A stretch of 64,000 bases of DNA from an uncultured Phycisphaeraceae bacterium (GTDB lineage: Bacteria; Planctomycetota; Phycisphaerae; Phycisphaerales; Phycisphaeraceae), in NCBI GenBank assembly GCA_964556215.1, contig CAZKVP010000003.1:15419-79418 (forward strand), given 5' to 3'. The position numbers and the translations under genes were made by a program. Shown here piece by piece: positions 9,325-18,888 of the stretch. Within the stretch, counting starts at the first letter, position 1; every line of letters begins with the position of its first letter. The notes below the pieces were generated by a model. That model was not told where the DNA came from, made no database searches, and was given only the letters and a program-made list of their open reading frames with translations.

Positions 9325-10791
9325 ATGTCGCACAAACCCTGGGAGCACGCCAAGTCCAGCGGCTCCGAAACCAACCCGCTCGCCGCCCGCTTCGTTTCCT
9401 CGCTGGATTACGACAAGCGGCTGTACAAGCACGACATCATGGGTTCGCGCGCGCAGGCCCGCATGCTGGCCACCCAGGGCATCATCACCGAGGCCGACCG
9501 CGACGCCATCCTGGCCGGTCTTGATGAAATCGAAGCGGAAATCACCGCCCAGGGCGATGCTTGGACCGGCTGGAAAATCGAGTTGGAAGATGTCCACATG
9601 TGCGTCGAAGCGGCGCTGGTCGCCAAGACCGGCGACGCCGGGCGCAAGTTGCATACCGGCCGCAGCCGCAACGACCAGGTCGCTTTGGACTTGCGCCTTT
9701 GGTGCCGCGAGGCCGAACAGGAATTGCAAAAGAAATTCTTCGCCCTGGTCAGTGCCTTTGTCGACATGGCCGACCGCTGCGGAAAAGTGGTGATGCCCTC
9801 TTACACCCATTTGCAGCGCGCCCAGCCGATCGTGGCCGGCGCCGAGCTGCTGGCGTGGGCCGATGCCTTTGACCGCTGCGCCCACCGCGCCCACCTGCTC
9901 GGGCAACTCTCCGATGAAAACCCCTTGGGCAGCGGCGCCATCGCCGGCTCCTGCCTGCCATTGGACCGCGACCACACCACCGACGAACTCGGCTTCTCCG
10001 CCACCGGCAAAAACAGCATGGATGGCACCGCCAGCCGCGACGCGGCTCTGGACACCGCTTGGACTCTCTCGATGGCGGCCATGTGGCTGTCGCGCTTTGC
10101 CGAGCAGTGGATCATCTACGCCTCGACCGAGTTCTCATTCATCTCGATGGGTGACGACTACACCACCGGCTCCTCGATGATGCCGCAGAAGCGTAACCCC
10201 GACATGCTGGAACTGATCCGCGGCAAGTCGGGCCAGGCCTACGGCTCGCTGATGGCGCTCCTGACCATGTGCAAAGGCATCACCATCGGCTACAACCGCG
10301 ATTTGCAAGAAGATAAAAAACACCTATTCGCCGCCTACGACTCGGTCTGCGACTCGCTCGACATGGCCGCCGGTCTGGTCAAAACCGCTGCCTTCCGCGA
10401 TGACAAAATCGCCCCCACCATGACCAAAGGCTATCTGGATGCCACCGGCTTGGCTGAGTATTTGGTGGCCAAGGGCATCCCCTTCCGCACCGGCCACCAG
10501 GTGGTGGGTTATCTGGTCCACCTGTGCGACGAAAAGCAGCTGTTTGAACTGAAAAAGCTCACCTTGGCCGATTTCAACGCCGCCTGCGCCAAATACAAAC
10601 TGCCCGAAGTCTGCGCCCCCGACCTCTACGACTGGCTGGGCGCCGACAATGTGGTCAAACGCTACCAAAGCGCCGGCAACGCCGGATTGGCCGGCTTTGA
10701 GGCGCAATTGGAGCACTGGAAGGTGCGCCTGTTTGCGGCCTCGGAGCAGGCTTCGGGCTGCGGATGCTCGGATACCGGGTGCAGCGGGTGA
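9325..10791 (+). CDS. argH: Argininosuccinate lyase
   Basis: Fumarate-lyase signature GSSMMPQKRNPD, plus SRNDQVALDLRLW and YTHLQRAQP. Confidence 0.95.
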   Translation: MSHKPWEHAKSSGSETNPLAARFVSSLDYDKRLYKHDIMGSRAQARMLATQGIITEADRDAILAGLDEIEAEITAQGDAWTGWKIELEDVHMCVEAALVAKTGDAGRKLHTGRSRNDQVALDLRLWCREAEQELQKKFFALVSAFVDMADRCGKVVMPSYTHLQRAQPIVAGAELLAWADAFDRCAHRAHLLGQLSDENPLGSGAIAGSCLPLDRDHTTDELGFSATGKNSMDGTASRDAALDTAWTLSMAAMWLSRFAEQWIIYASTEFSFISMGDDYTTGSSMMPQKRNPDMLELIRGKSGQAYGSLMALLTMCKGITIGYNRDLQEDKKHLFAAYDSVCDSLDMAAGLVKTAAFRDDKIAPTMTKGYLDATGLAEYLVAKGIPFRTGHQVVGYLVHLCDEKQLFELKKLTLADFNAACAKYKLPEVCAPDLYDWLGADNVVKRYQSAGNAGLAGFEAQLEHWKVRLFAASEQASGCGCSDTGCSG

Positions 10792-10817
10792 GAAGGGGAA
10801 AATTGATTCAACACAAG

Positions 10818-10840
10818 CCGCGCGGGAGCGCGGTTTTTTT
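10818..10840 (+). terminator. Intrinsic terminator after argH
   Basis: Hairpin CCGCGC-GGGA-GCGCGG followed by T7. Confidence 0.7.
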
Positions 10841-10842
10841 AC

Positions 10843-10920
10843 AACGAGCCCCGAGCGCAAGCTCGGGGGATGACCACATGATGTGACGCCAATCCCCTGA
10901 GCTTGCGCTCAGGGCTCGTT
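10843..10920. repeat. 78-bp palindromic element, short copy of the element found in queG
   Basis: Terminal inverted repeats AACGAGCC...GGCTCGTT. Two internal 8-bp hairpins, CCCCGAGC-GCAA-GCTCGGGG and CCCTGAGC-TTGC-GCTCAGGG. The ends match 55503..55637. Confidence 0.65.
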
Positions 10921-12541
10921 AAGCACCCAACTTCTCCATCAAAACCTTACGAAAAATATTTAGCGGTGCCGACCTCCCGGTCCATAACGCAAATTGCTCC
11001 GCCGCCTGATGAAGGAACATTTCCGTTCCAGGAATGCAAATACAACCAGCGGCTTTCGCCTGTTTGAGCAGCTTGGTTTCAATCGGGTTATAGACGGTGT
11101 CGAACACCACCACGCCGGGCACAAGTGCGGGATGGTTGTCGGCGAGCGGTGAAGTGTCCACATTGGGCGTCATACCCAAGGGAGTGCAGTTGATCAGCAA
11201 ATCAAACTTCTCGTTTGTTAAAAACTCCATGGGCCTGAATTGAACGTTAAAGACTTCGGCAATTTCTTTTGCACGCTCCTCTGAACGATTAAAAATGACA
11301 ACTTGTTGTTTTTTTCCATCGCCCCGGCCTCCAGAAAATGCGGCTACGGCCGCGCGCGAAGCCCCGCCTGCACCAATCACTGCCACACGCAATTCTTGCT
11401 TTTCCCATTTACTCCAAAATGTTTTTTGAAACCCATCCATCGGGTCTTCACCCAAAGGAGGGGCCATCACATCGTCAATGGCCTCCGAAATACCTCGAAA
11501 ATCCGTGTTCGAAATCATTGGCCCATCTAATGTTGTGGCAGTCCATGTGTTTGCCGCTCCCATGCGTTCAGAAAACTCTTCTACGCATTGTTTCTTCTCC
11601 TTCCCCCACCTCAACAAATTCTCCTTATGCGGAATCGTCACCGAAGCCCCGGAGAAATCCATCCCCTCACACCCGATCCACGCATCCAAATCCCGTGCGA
11701 AATTCTCATACCCCGCCTCAATCCGCATCGGCACATAAACGCCATCGAACTCAACCGCAGAAAACCCCGCATTGTGGATCGCCGGCGACATCGAATGCCC
11801 GACCGGACAACCAATCACGCCGTAGACCTTGGTTTTTTTACCAATCGCATCCCAACGATACAAGTTTTTCATCTCCGCCAACAGCGGCTGCCCCGGCGCG
11901 GTGCCGCTGGCTTGGTCCAAAGCGGCAAAGGTCATGTAAGCGCCGCCTTTTTTGGCCAAAATCCGCGACGGCATGCCCGCCTCGCCCATGGCCAGGGCCA
12001 CGCCCGGCTTGCCGGCACCAGTGCAAACCTTGAGAAAATCCATGGCAATGGCACAATCTTCCAGACCTTGCGCCTTCCACGCCAGCTTCGGCACATCACA
12101 CAGCGGCTCTTCCAGCATCTGCTTTAACCGCTTATCCAGATCCACCGGCCTCCCGTTGAAATCATGCGCTGACAGAATCAACTTCGTCCGGCCCGCCGCC
12201 AGCAAGGGGCCCAGCACCTTGGCCCACTCCGGCTCCGCCCGCCACTTGGCCAACTCCACATCCACGGCCATCGGCGCCTTGGCCGCCGACATCAAGGCCG
12301 CATACAACGCGATGCGCTGCGCTTCCGGACCGTCAAACCCGCCGGTTTCGCACGCATGGCGGCAGGTGACAATGCAGGGCAAGGGTGAATCCGCCACCAC
12401 CGTCTGAACCAAGTCCGGCTGATCCGCCAGGCGATCCACCCGGTATTCCACGGCATCAGCCCCGCCCGCCTTGGCAAGTTGCGCCTTAGCGAGGGCTTGA
12501 TGGGCATTTTCAACGGTGATGGGAACCACAAGGAGCGTCAT
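10919..12541 (-). CDS. aroDE: Bifunctional 3-dehydroquinate dehydratase (type I) / shikimate 5-dehydrogenase
   Basis: The N-terminus LLVVPITVENAHQALAKAQLAKAGGADAVEYRVDRL is DHQase I-like. VYGVIGCPVGHSMSPAIHNAGF, NTDFRG and VIGAGGASRA are AroE-like. Start is taken at the internal ATG at 12541. Confidence 0.85.
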   Translation of the reverse strand: MTLLVVPITVENAHQALAKAQLAKAGGADAVEYRVDRLADQPDLVQTVVADSPLPCIVTCRHACETGGFDGPEAQRIALYAALMSAAKAPMAVDVELAKWRAEPEWAKVLGPLLAAGRTKLILSAHDFNGRPVDLDKRLKQMLEEPLCDVPKLAWKAQGLEDCAIAMDFLKVCTGAGKPGVALAMGEAGMPSRILAKKGGAYMTFAALDQASGTAPGQPLLAEMKNLYRWDAIGKKTKVYGVIGCPVGHSMSPAIHNAGFSAVEFDGVYVPMRIEAGYENFARDLDAWIGCEGMDFSGASVTIPHKENLLRWGKEKKQCVEEFSERMGAANTWTATTLDGPMISNTDFRGISEAIDDVMAPPLGEDPMDGFQKTFWSKWEKQELRVAVIGAGGASRAAVAAFSGGRGDGKKQQVVIFNRSEERAKEIAEVFNVQFRPMEFLTNEKFDLLINCTPLGMTPNVDTSPLADNHPALVPGVVVFDTVYNPIETKLLKQAKAAGCICIPGTEMFLHQAAEQFALWTGRSAPLNIFRKVLMEKLGA

Positions 12542-12580
12542 GCTGCGTAAGGTAGCGACTGGGCGCCGCCTCATCTTATT

Positions 12581-12943
12581 TCACACTGCGGCACGGATTT
12601 GCACTTCGCCAAAGATCCGATCCAAACTCAACCCGGCAATCAGCGAATCCACCGCATCCACCGCATCCACGCAAGGTGATGCAACAAAAGTGGTTTCAGA
12701 CTGTTTGATGGTTGCTTGGGGTGCTTTTGCGGGCATTTGGGCGTCCACCTGCCACCGCACCACGCGGGCCGCGCGCATCGCCATGCGGGCGGCCTCGGTC
12801 AGGTCGCCGGAATCCGTGAGCACCCGCCGGCGAACCTGCAGCTGGGCGAGCAGCCTGCCAGGATCCCGGAACGCCGGCAGCAAGGACGACCGGCGGGGCA
12901 GGGCCTGGCGCAAAGCGGCTTGGCGGGTAAGGGGGGGGCGCAT
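12581..12943 (-). CDS. Hypothetical protein
   Basis: Strong G/C bias at codon third positions in this frame. It sits 40 nt upstream of aroDE on the same strand. No motif recognised. Confidence 0.35.
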   Translation of the reverse strand: MRPPLTRQAALRQALPRRSSLLPAFRDPGRLLAQLQVRRRVLTDSGDLTEAARMAMRAARVVRWQVDAQMPAKAPQATIKQSETTFVASPCVDAVDAVDSLIAGLSLDRIFGEVQIRAAV

Positions 12944-13116
12944 GGCGGATCCTTTCAACCAGGAAAAACACGGAAAGACCAAAAAAATCATTTCACAGGG
13001 GGCATAACGGAAAGGGCGTTTTTCTTATTGCACCCCCTATTCTCTTTTCTTTCACCTTCCGTTAGCATGCCCGTGGGCCGTTCTTTTGCCCTTCTTTCCT
13101 TTTTTCCCTCCCCCTC

Positions 13117-14601
13117 ATGATGCCCCCCACCCCCCGTCTCCTTCGCGCCGCATGCGCCTTGGGCTTGGGAGCCTGCCTTTGGCATGCTCCGGCCCGGGCC
13201 GCCGATGAAACCACCGTGCTTGACCGCGTCAACCGCGAGCTGGACGAAACCCGCCAAGCGCAGGCCCAAGAGGCGGCCTCGGACCAGTTCTCCGTCAATT
13301 GGGGCGGCGAGGCGGCGCTCTCGTATGTGTACTCCGACCGCATCCACGACATCGAATATTCGGCGGCGCGCGGCGACCTCAAGATCTACGGCTTCCTCAA
13401 CGATGCCGACAAGCATATGGTCTACGTGCGCGTGCGTGCGCTGCACGATGACGGCTTTGACAAGAACATTTTCCTTGACAACCAAAGCAACGGCGAGAGC
13501 CAGCGCGACATGGTGTATTTCGACCGCTTCTGGTACCGCATCGACCTCAACAAGGCCATGGACAGCCAGAACGCCTGGAACGCGCGCGCCCAAGTCGGCT
13601 TGCAGCAGGTGCGCTGGGGCAGCGGCCTGGTGCTTGACAACGCGCTCTACGCCGGCTTGGCTGACGTGGGCGGGCGCGTGTGCGAGGCCGGCGAAGTGTG
13701 GCTCACCGGCATGGTCGGCTACACCCCCAACCGTGATTTCTACGAATTCGACCGCTCCCGCCCCGATTACCACAACGAGGTCAACCGCCTGTTTTACGGC
13801 GGCCAGGTCGCCTGGCAGGACACCGGCCCCACCCACACCAAGGTCTACGGCTACCTGCTGGGCCAGCGTGACCACAATCCTTCGCAAGCTACCACCCCCC
13901 TTGGCGTGCCGGCGTTCCTGACCCCGATGCCGGCCACCTACGGTTACGACAGTTACTACCTGGGCCTTGGCGCCGCCGGGGCCGTGCCCGGCCTCTCGCA
14001 ACTGACTTACCTGGCCGAAGGCGTCCTTGAGCGCGGCCGCAGCACCACTTCGCCGATGGACTCCACCGCCTTCATCGTGCCGCAAACCCGCGAAAACATC
14101 CGCGCCTGGGCGGCGCAGGCGCAACTGACCTGGAATTTCCGCGACAGCCTGGACAGCCGCGTCGAGGTTGAAGGTCTGGCCGGCAGCGGCGACTCCGACC
14201 GCTTCGGCTCCTCCTCCAGCACTTTGGGCGGCAACACCTCGGGCACCACCGACACCGCCTTCAATGCTTTCGGCTTTGCCCGCACCGGCCTGCTCTACAA
14301 CGCGCCGGTGTCCAACCTGCTCTCGGTGCGCCTGGGTGCCTCGACCTTCATCGTCCCCAAGCAGGTGCGCCTGGGGGCCGACGCCTTCCTGCTGCGCAAG
14401 CTCGACGGCCAGGGTGCTTCCAACGAAACCACCCGCGCCGGCAAAGACTTGGGTTTTGAAATGGATTTTCACGCCGACTGGAAGGTGCTCTCCGACCTGA
14501 CGGTGGGTGTCCACTATGGTTTCTTTGTTCCCGGCGATGCGACCTCGGATGAGCGCAATGTCCGCCACTTCATCTTCACCGGAGTCCGCTATGCGTTCTA
14601 A
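13117..14601 (+). CDS. Putative outer-membrane beta-barrel protein (porin / alginate-export-like)
   Basis: Signal peptide ending APARAADE. Alternating beta-strand-like pattern rich in Y/G/D/N. C-terminal beta-signal FTGVRYAF. Confidence 0.65.
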   Translation: MMPPTPRLLRAACALGLGACLWHAPARAADETTVLDRVNRELDETRQAQAQEAASDQFSVNWGGEAALSYVYSDRIHDIEYSAARGDLKIYGFLNDADKHMVYVRVRALHDDGFDKNIFLDNQSNGESQRDMVYFDRFWYRIDLNKAMDSQNAWNARAQVGLQQVRWGSGLVLDNALYAGLADVGGRVCEAGEVWLTGMVGYTPNRDFYEFDRSRPDYHNEVNRLFYGGQVAWQDTGPTHTKVYGYLLGQRDHNPSQATTPLGVPAFLTPMPATYGYDSYYLGLGAAGAVPGLSQLTYLAEGVLERGRSTTSPMDSTAFIVPQTRENIRAWAAQAQLTWNFRDSLDSRVEVEGLAGSGDSDRFGSSSSTLGGNTSGTTDTAFNAFGFARTGLLYNAPVSNLLSVRLGASTFIVPKQVRLGADAFLLRKLDGQGASNETTRAGKDLGFEMDFHADWKVLSDLTVGVHYGFFVPGDATSDERNVRHFIFTGVRYAF

Positions 14602-15121
14602 ACACGCCTTTAAACACACTTTTGGTTTCACGCTCGTGGCCTTGGCCATGCTGGCCGGTTGCCAATCCGAATCCGGCCGCCCGGGCACCCCGGTGGCCAC
14701 GACCGCCGGCGAGCCCGTCTCGTTCTGGGAAAACCTGCCCGCCACCCGCACCGTATGCGGCCAAGACGCCTTGCGCGCCCTGTCCGAATTCGGCAAACTC
14801 GACCGTGCCGACGAACTCGGCCACGCCGAGCGCATCAAAGCCATGCAGGCCAAAGGCTGGCTCAAAGCCGATGCCGCCATCGCACCCGAAGCGGCCATCA
14901 CCCGCGGCCAGGTGGCCGCCATCCTGTGCCCCATGCTGGGCATCAAGGGCGGGCTTTCGATGCGCGCCAATTCCTATTGGGGCGTCAGCGAGCGCTACGC
15001 CACCCGCGAACTGGTGGACCTTGGCATTTTCCCGCCGGCCAGTTCCCCTGCCCAAACCCTCTCCGGTCTTGAACTCCTGCGCACGCTGAGTTTTGCCGAG
15101 CGCCAATTGGAACCCAAATAA
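14591..15121 (+). CDS. Putative lipoprotein
   Basis: Internal ATG gives MRSKHAFKHTFGFTLVALAMLAGC, a lipobox. 11-nt overlap with the upstream barrel gene. Confidence 0.55.
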   Translation: MRSKHAFKHTFGFTLVALAMLAGCQSESGRPGTPVATTAGEPVSFWENLPATRTVCGQDALRALSEFGKLDRADELGHAERIKAMQAKGWLKADAAIAPEAAITRGQVAAILCPMLGIKGGLSMRANSYWGVSERYATRELVDLGIFPPASSPAQTLSGLELLRTLSFAERQLEPK

Positions 15122-15132
15122 AGGACACCCCC

Positions 15133-15984
15133 ATGAAACATTTCCTCCCCGCCGTCCTGCTGGCCGCCGCTTTGAGCGCCGCTTTGGCCGCCCCCGCGGC
15201 CCTGGCCGCCGATGCGCCGGCCAAGGCCGAAAAACCCGCCGATTCCCTCAATGCCGTCGCCACCGAGGTGACCGGCAACATCAAATTCCGCCCCACTCCC
15301 GAAGCCAAGTGGGAAGTGCTCAAAACCGACACCGCCCTGCCGGTGGGATCCGAAGTGCTCGCCGGCCCCGGCGGGCGCGCACGCATCCAGATGGGTCCGA
15401 GCGTGTTCCTGATCCTCAAGCCCTTCTCGCGCATCACCATCGCGCAGCTGAAGCTGGAAAAGGCCAACAACACCGACACCCTGCGCGCCACCCTGGCCAA
15501 ACAGTACGGCCGGGTGGAATTTGACGTGCGTGACGCCGGCTTCAAAAACGACTTCAAAATCGCCAGCCCCAACGGCGTGATGGCGGTCAAGGGCACCGGC
15601 GGCGAACATGACAACTTCGGCACCGACGAATGGGTGGTGGGCGTGCCGACCAACAAGGACCACGCCATCACCTATGAAAACCTGGTGGCCGGCTACAAAG
15701 CCTTCCTGAGCGCAAACGAAGGCGTCTCCACCCGCCTGCCCTCGGTGGATGCTTTCGAGGAATTGCTGCGCCGCCTGGATCCGGCCGACAGCAACACCCT
15801 GTTCACCCTGGTGGCCAACCAGACGCGCGGCGGCCAGACCAACCCGATGGGTCTTGGCGAGTGGGAGCAAATCATCCAGCAAGCCGGCTCGCTGGGCGAA
15901 TCCCCCGCAGTGGAGCAGGCATTGGAAAACCGCGGAACCCGCATTATCCAAGACGGCGGTGGCGGATCAACCGGGGGTCAATAA
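15133..15984 (+). CDS. Secreted FecR-domain-like protein
   Basis: Signal peptide. VTGNIKFRPTPEAKWEVLKTDTALPVGSEVLAGPGGRARIQMGPSVFLILKPFSRITI resembles the FecR sensing domain. Confidence 0.65.
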   Translation: MKHFLPAVLLAAALSAALAAPAALAADAPAKAEKPADSLNAVATEVTGNIKFRPTPEAKWEVLKTDTALPVGSEVLAGPGGRARIQMGPSVFLILKPFSRITIAQLKLEKANNTDTLRATLAKQYGRVEFDVRDAGFKNDFKIASPNGVMAVKGTGGEHDNFGTDEWVVGVPTNKDHAITYENLVAGYKAFLSANEGVSTRLPSVDAFEELLRRLDPADSNTLFTLVANQTRGGQTNPMGLGEWEQIIQQAGSLGESPAVEQALENRGTRIIQDGGGGSTGGQ

Positions 15985-16002
15985 ACCGCCAACCCAACCC
16001 TC

Positions 16003-18801
16003 ATGCCACTTACCGCCAGATTGCGCGCAACCCTTGGCGCCCTGCTTGGCTCTTGCCAGCGCCATGGCTGGCTCTCCGGCCTGACCGCCGCCCTGGCGCT
16101 GATTGCAATCGGCGCCGGCGGCGGTTTGCGTTGGCTGGAAAATCCGCTGCATGATGCCCAAGTCCGCTGGTTTGGCACCCGTGCCGATTCCGGAGGGAAA
16201 CCCGGGGCAATCGCCTATTTTGAGATTGACGACGCCGCCTTGGCCACCACCGGCCGCTGGCCTTGGCCCCGCGCCGTGCTGGCTGATGCCATCCGCGAAA
16301 TGGACCGGGCCGGGGCTTCGGTCATCGCGCTGGATTTGCTGCTCGACGAGGCGCAAGAGACACGCTATCCCGAGGCCCAAACGCCCGGCTCCACGCCGGT
16401 GCCGGTCCACGACGACGCCGTGCTGGCCCAAACACTGCGCCAGAACGCCAGGACCGTGCTGGCGGCAAGGGTGGCGCCCGCGCCGCAATGGGATGAGGGT
16501 GAACGCTGGACGCTGGACCAGTTGCTTCAAGAACCTCTGCTCACCGGCGAAGCCTTGGCCCTGCGCGCCAAGGCCGCCAAGCGCAACATCCAGTCCGCGC
16601 TGCAAAGCCTGCCTTCCCTCAAGCGCGAGGCCCTGCGCTTGGGCGTGCTGGCTTGGCGCGCCAAGCACCCAAGCACCCGCACCGATCTGGAAGCCTGCCG
16701 CAAGGATTTGCTGGGCCGGGACGACGGCGTGCACCACCAGCGGCTGGAGTCGGCCTTCCTCGACGCCGCCTGGAGCCAGAATGAAGCCATGGAAACCGCC
16801 ATGCGCCATTGGCCGACCGCCGCCGCGGCGGGCGAACCCACCCGCCTGATCCCGCCCATCCTGCCGCTGGCCAAGGCCGCCGGCGCCGTCAGCGGCGCGC
16901 CGTGGTCGCCCGATGCCGATGGCGTGGTGCGCTCCTGCCTGCTGGCCACGCCGGTCAAAAGCGGATTCGCCCCCACCCTGCCGGTGATGGCGGTCTGCCT
17001 GCACCTTGGTGTTGCGCCGGAAAAAATGCGCCTTGATGGCGACCACTGGGTGCTGCCGCGCCAAGGCAAGCCGGACATCCGCATCCCCCTGTTGGAAGCC
17101 CGCGCCGGCGAGGCGTGGGGCCTGCCTGGCCCGCGCGCGCCGGTGGTATGGGGTGCCGGCAACCCCAGCCGGCAGCCGGTGGGACCGCTGGTCGAATTGG
17201 CCCGGCTGGACGCGGATGTTCGTCACAACGAAATGATGGCAGACAGGGCCCTGATCACCATCGCCACGCTGCCGGACTCCAAAGTGCCCGTGGTACTGCT
17301 CGGGGATGACGGACTGCGCCCCATCATCGACCTGACCACCGACGATCCCGCCCTATTGGATAATCCAGAGATGGCCGCGCGCCGGGCCGAATTGCACCAA
17401 AAAATTCTTGCCGCACTGGCTGCCACCGGAACCGATCCCGGCCCCGCCTGGCGCGCCGCCACCCATCAGGCGGAAGAAGGCCGCCTGGCCACCGGGCGCC
17501 TGCGCAACCAATTGCGCCTGGCCTGCCAGGGAAAAATCTGCATCCTGGGCTGGACCGCCACCGGCTCCTTGGCCGACTTCGTCACCACCCCTTTGGGCGC
17601 GCGCGTCCCGGGCATGTACGTGCAGGGGGCGATAGCCCAAACACTGCTGTCGCAAACCTTCATCACCCGCGCCCCGCTATGGGTGGAAATGCTGCTGTCC
17701 CTGCTGGCGGCCGCGCTGCTGTGCCACCTGGCCTGGCGCAAGGCCCTGCTCTTTTCCACGGCGGCCCTGCTCGTGCTGTCAGCCGGATTATTTGCCGCCG
17801 GCGGCTGGCTTGGCCTTGGGGTCAACCACCTGCGGGTGGACGGCGCCATGCCGCTGGCGGCCTGCCTGGCCGGCTGGACCACCTGCATGCTGCTGCGCTC
17901 CGCGCTGTACCAAAAGCAGAAGCAGCGCATCACGGCGCAATTTCGCAACTACGTGTCGCCCTCGCTGGTGGACCACCTGGTGGCCCACCCCGAACTGGCG
18001 GAGATGAAAAGCGAAAGCCGCGAAATCACCTGCGTGTTCACTGATTTCGCCGGCTTCACCACCGTCAGCACGCAGCTGGATGCCGGAAAAACCGCCCTGC
18101 TGCTCAACCGCTACCTGGCCGCCGCCACCGGCGCCTTCATGGCCCACGGCGGCAACGTCAACAAATTCATGGGCGACGGCATCCTGGTGTTCTGGGGCGC
18201 CCCGCTGACGAACCCCAACCAGGCGCTGGATGCCTGCCGGGGCATTTGCGCCTGCCGCCAAGCCATGGCCAAACTGGCCGACGACCCGGCTCTGGCCGGC
18301 CTGCCCCCGCTCTTTTTGCGCGCCGGCGCCACCACCGGGCAGGTCATGGTCGGTGACTTCGGCGCCCCGCCGGCCCGCAGCGATTACACGGTGATCGGCG
18401 ATTCGGTCAACCTGGCTTCGCGCCTGGAAAGCGCCAACAAACACCTGGGCACCGCTACCTTGGTGGGTGAAAAAACCGCCCGGCAGGCCGAGGCTGAATT
18501 CCTGTTGCGCCCCATCGCCCGCCTCAAGGTGGTGGGCCGCGACATGCCGGAAACCGTGTTCGAACTGCTGGGGCCCAAAGCCGCCGCCACAGCGGAACAG
18601 CATGCCGCCCTCGCGCGGGCGCAAGGCGTGGTGGAGGCCTTCACCGCCGGCCATTGGCAAGAATGCCTGGCCCGCATCGCACTGGCGCAGGCGGCCGAGC
18701 CAGGCGCCAAGTGGCTGGCGCTCTACCAGGCGGCATGCCGGGCGCACCAAGAAAACACCGGCATGCCGCATGACGGCAGTCTGACCCTGGGACAGAAATA
18801 G
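16003..18801 (+). CDS. CHASE2 sensor-domain class III adenylate/guanylate cyclase
   Basis: CHASE2-like FEIDDAALATTGRWPWPRAVLADAIREMDRAGASVIALDLLLDE. TM helices in the middle of the protein. Cyclase core ITCVFTDFAGFT, NKFMGDGILVFWGAP and YTVIGDSVNLASRLES. Confidence 0.85.
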   Translation: MPLTARLRATLGALLGSCQRHGWLSGLTAALALIAIGAGGGLRWLENPLHDAQVRWFGTRADSGGKPGAIAYFEIDDAALATTGRWPWPRAVLADAIREMDRAGASVIALDLLLDEAQETRYPEAQTPGSTPVPVHDDAVLAQTLRQNARTVLAARVAPAPQWDEGERWTLDQLLQEPLLTGEALALRAKAAKRNIQSALQSLPSLKREALRLGVLAWRAKHPSTRTDLEACRKDLLGRDDGVHHQRLESAFLDAAWSQNEAMETAMRHWPTAAAAGEPTRLIPPILPLAKAAGAVSGAPWSPDADGVVRSCLLATPVKSGFAPTLPVMAVCLHLGVAPEKMRLDGDHWVLPRQGKPDIRIPLLEARAGEAWGLPGPRAPVVWGAGNPSRQPVGPLVELARLDADVRHNEMMADRALITIATLPDSKVPVVLLGDDGLRPIIDLTTDDPALLDNPEMAARRAELHQKILAALAATGTDPGPAWRAATHQAEEGRLATGRLRNQLRLACQGKICILGWTATGSLADFVTTPLGARVPGMYVQGAIAQTLLSQTFITRAPLWVEMLLSLLAAALLCHLAWRKALLFSTAALLVLSAGLFAAGGWLGLGVNHLRVDGAMPLAACLAGWTTCMLLRSALYQKQKQRITAQFRNYVSPSLVDHLVAHPELAEMKSESREITCVFTDFAGFTTVSTQLDAGKTALLLNRYLAAATGAFMAHGGNVNKFMGDGILVFWGAPLTNPNQALDACRGICACRQAMAKLADDPALAGLPPLFLRAGATTGQVMVGDFGAPPARSDYTVIGDSVNLASRLESANKHLGTATLVGEKTARQAEAEFLLRPIARLKVVGRDMPETVFELLGPKAAATAEQHAALARAQGVVEAFTAGHWQECLARIALAQAAEPGAKWLALYQAACRAHQENTGMPHDGSLTLGQK

Positions 18802-18888
18802 GGCGGGTTCAGTGCTCGTCCGCACGCAAAGAACCGCGACCGTCAGGGAGCGGCGCGGTGTCCTGCATGCGGATATTCCCGGGGCCGC

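Noticed and set aside
12988-14970. 660-aa ORF on the minus strand
   Set aside because: It is antisense to the outer-membrane barrel and lipoprotein genes. The plus-strand products have a signal peptide, a lipobox and a beta-signal, whereas this one has none.
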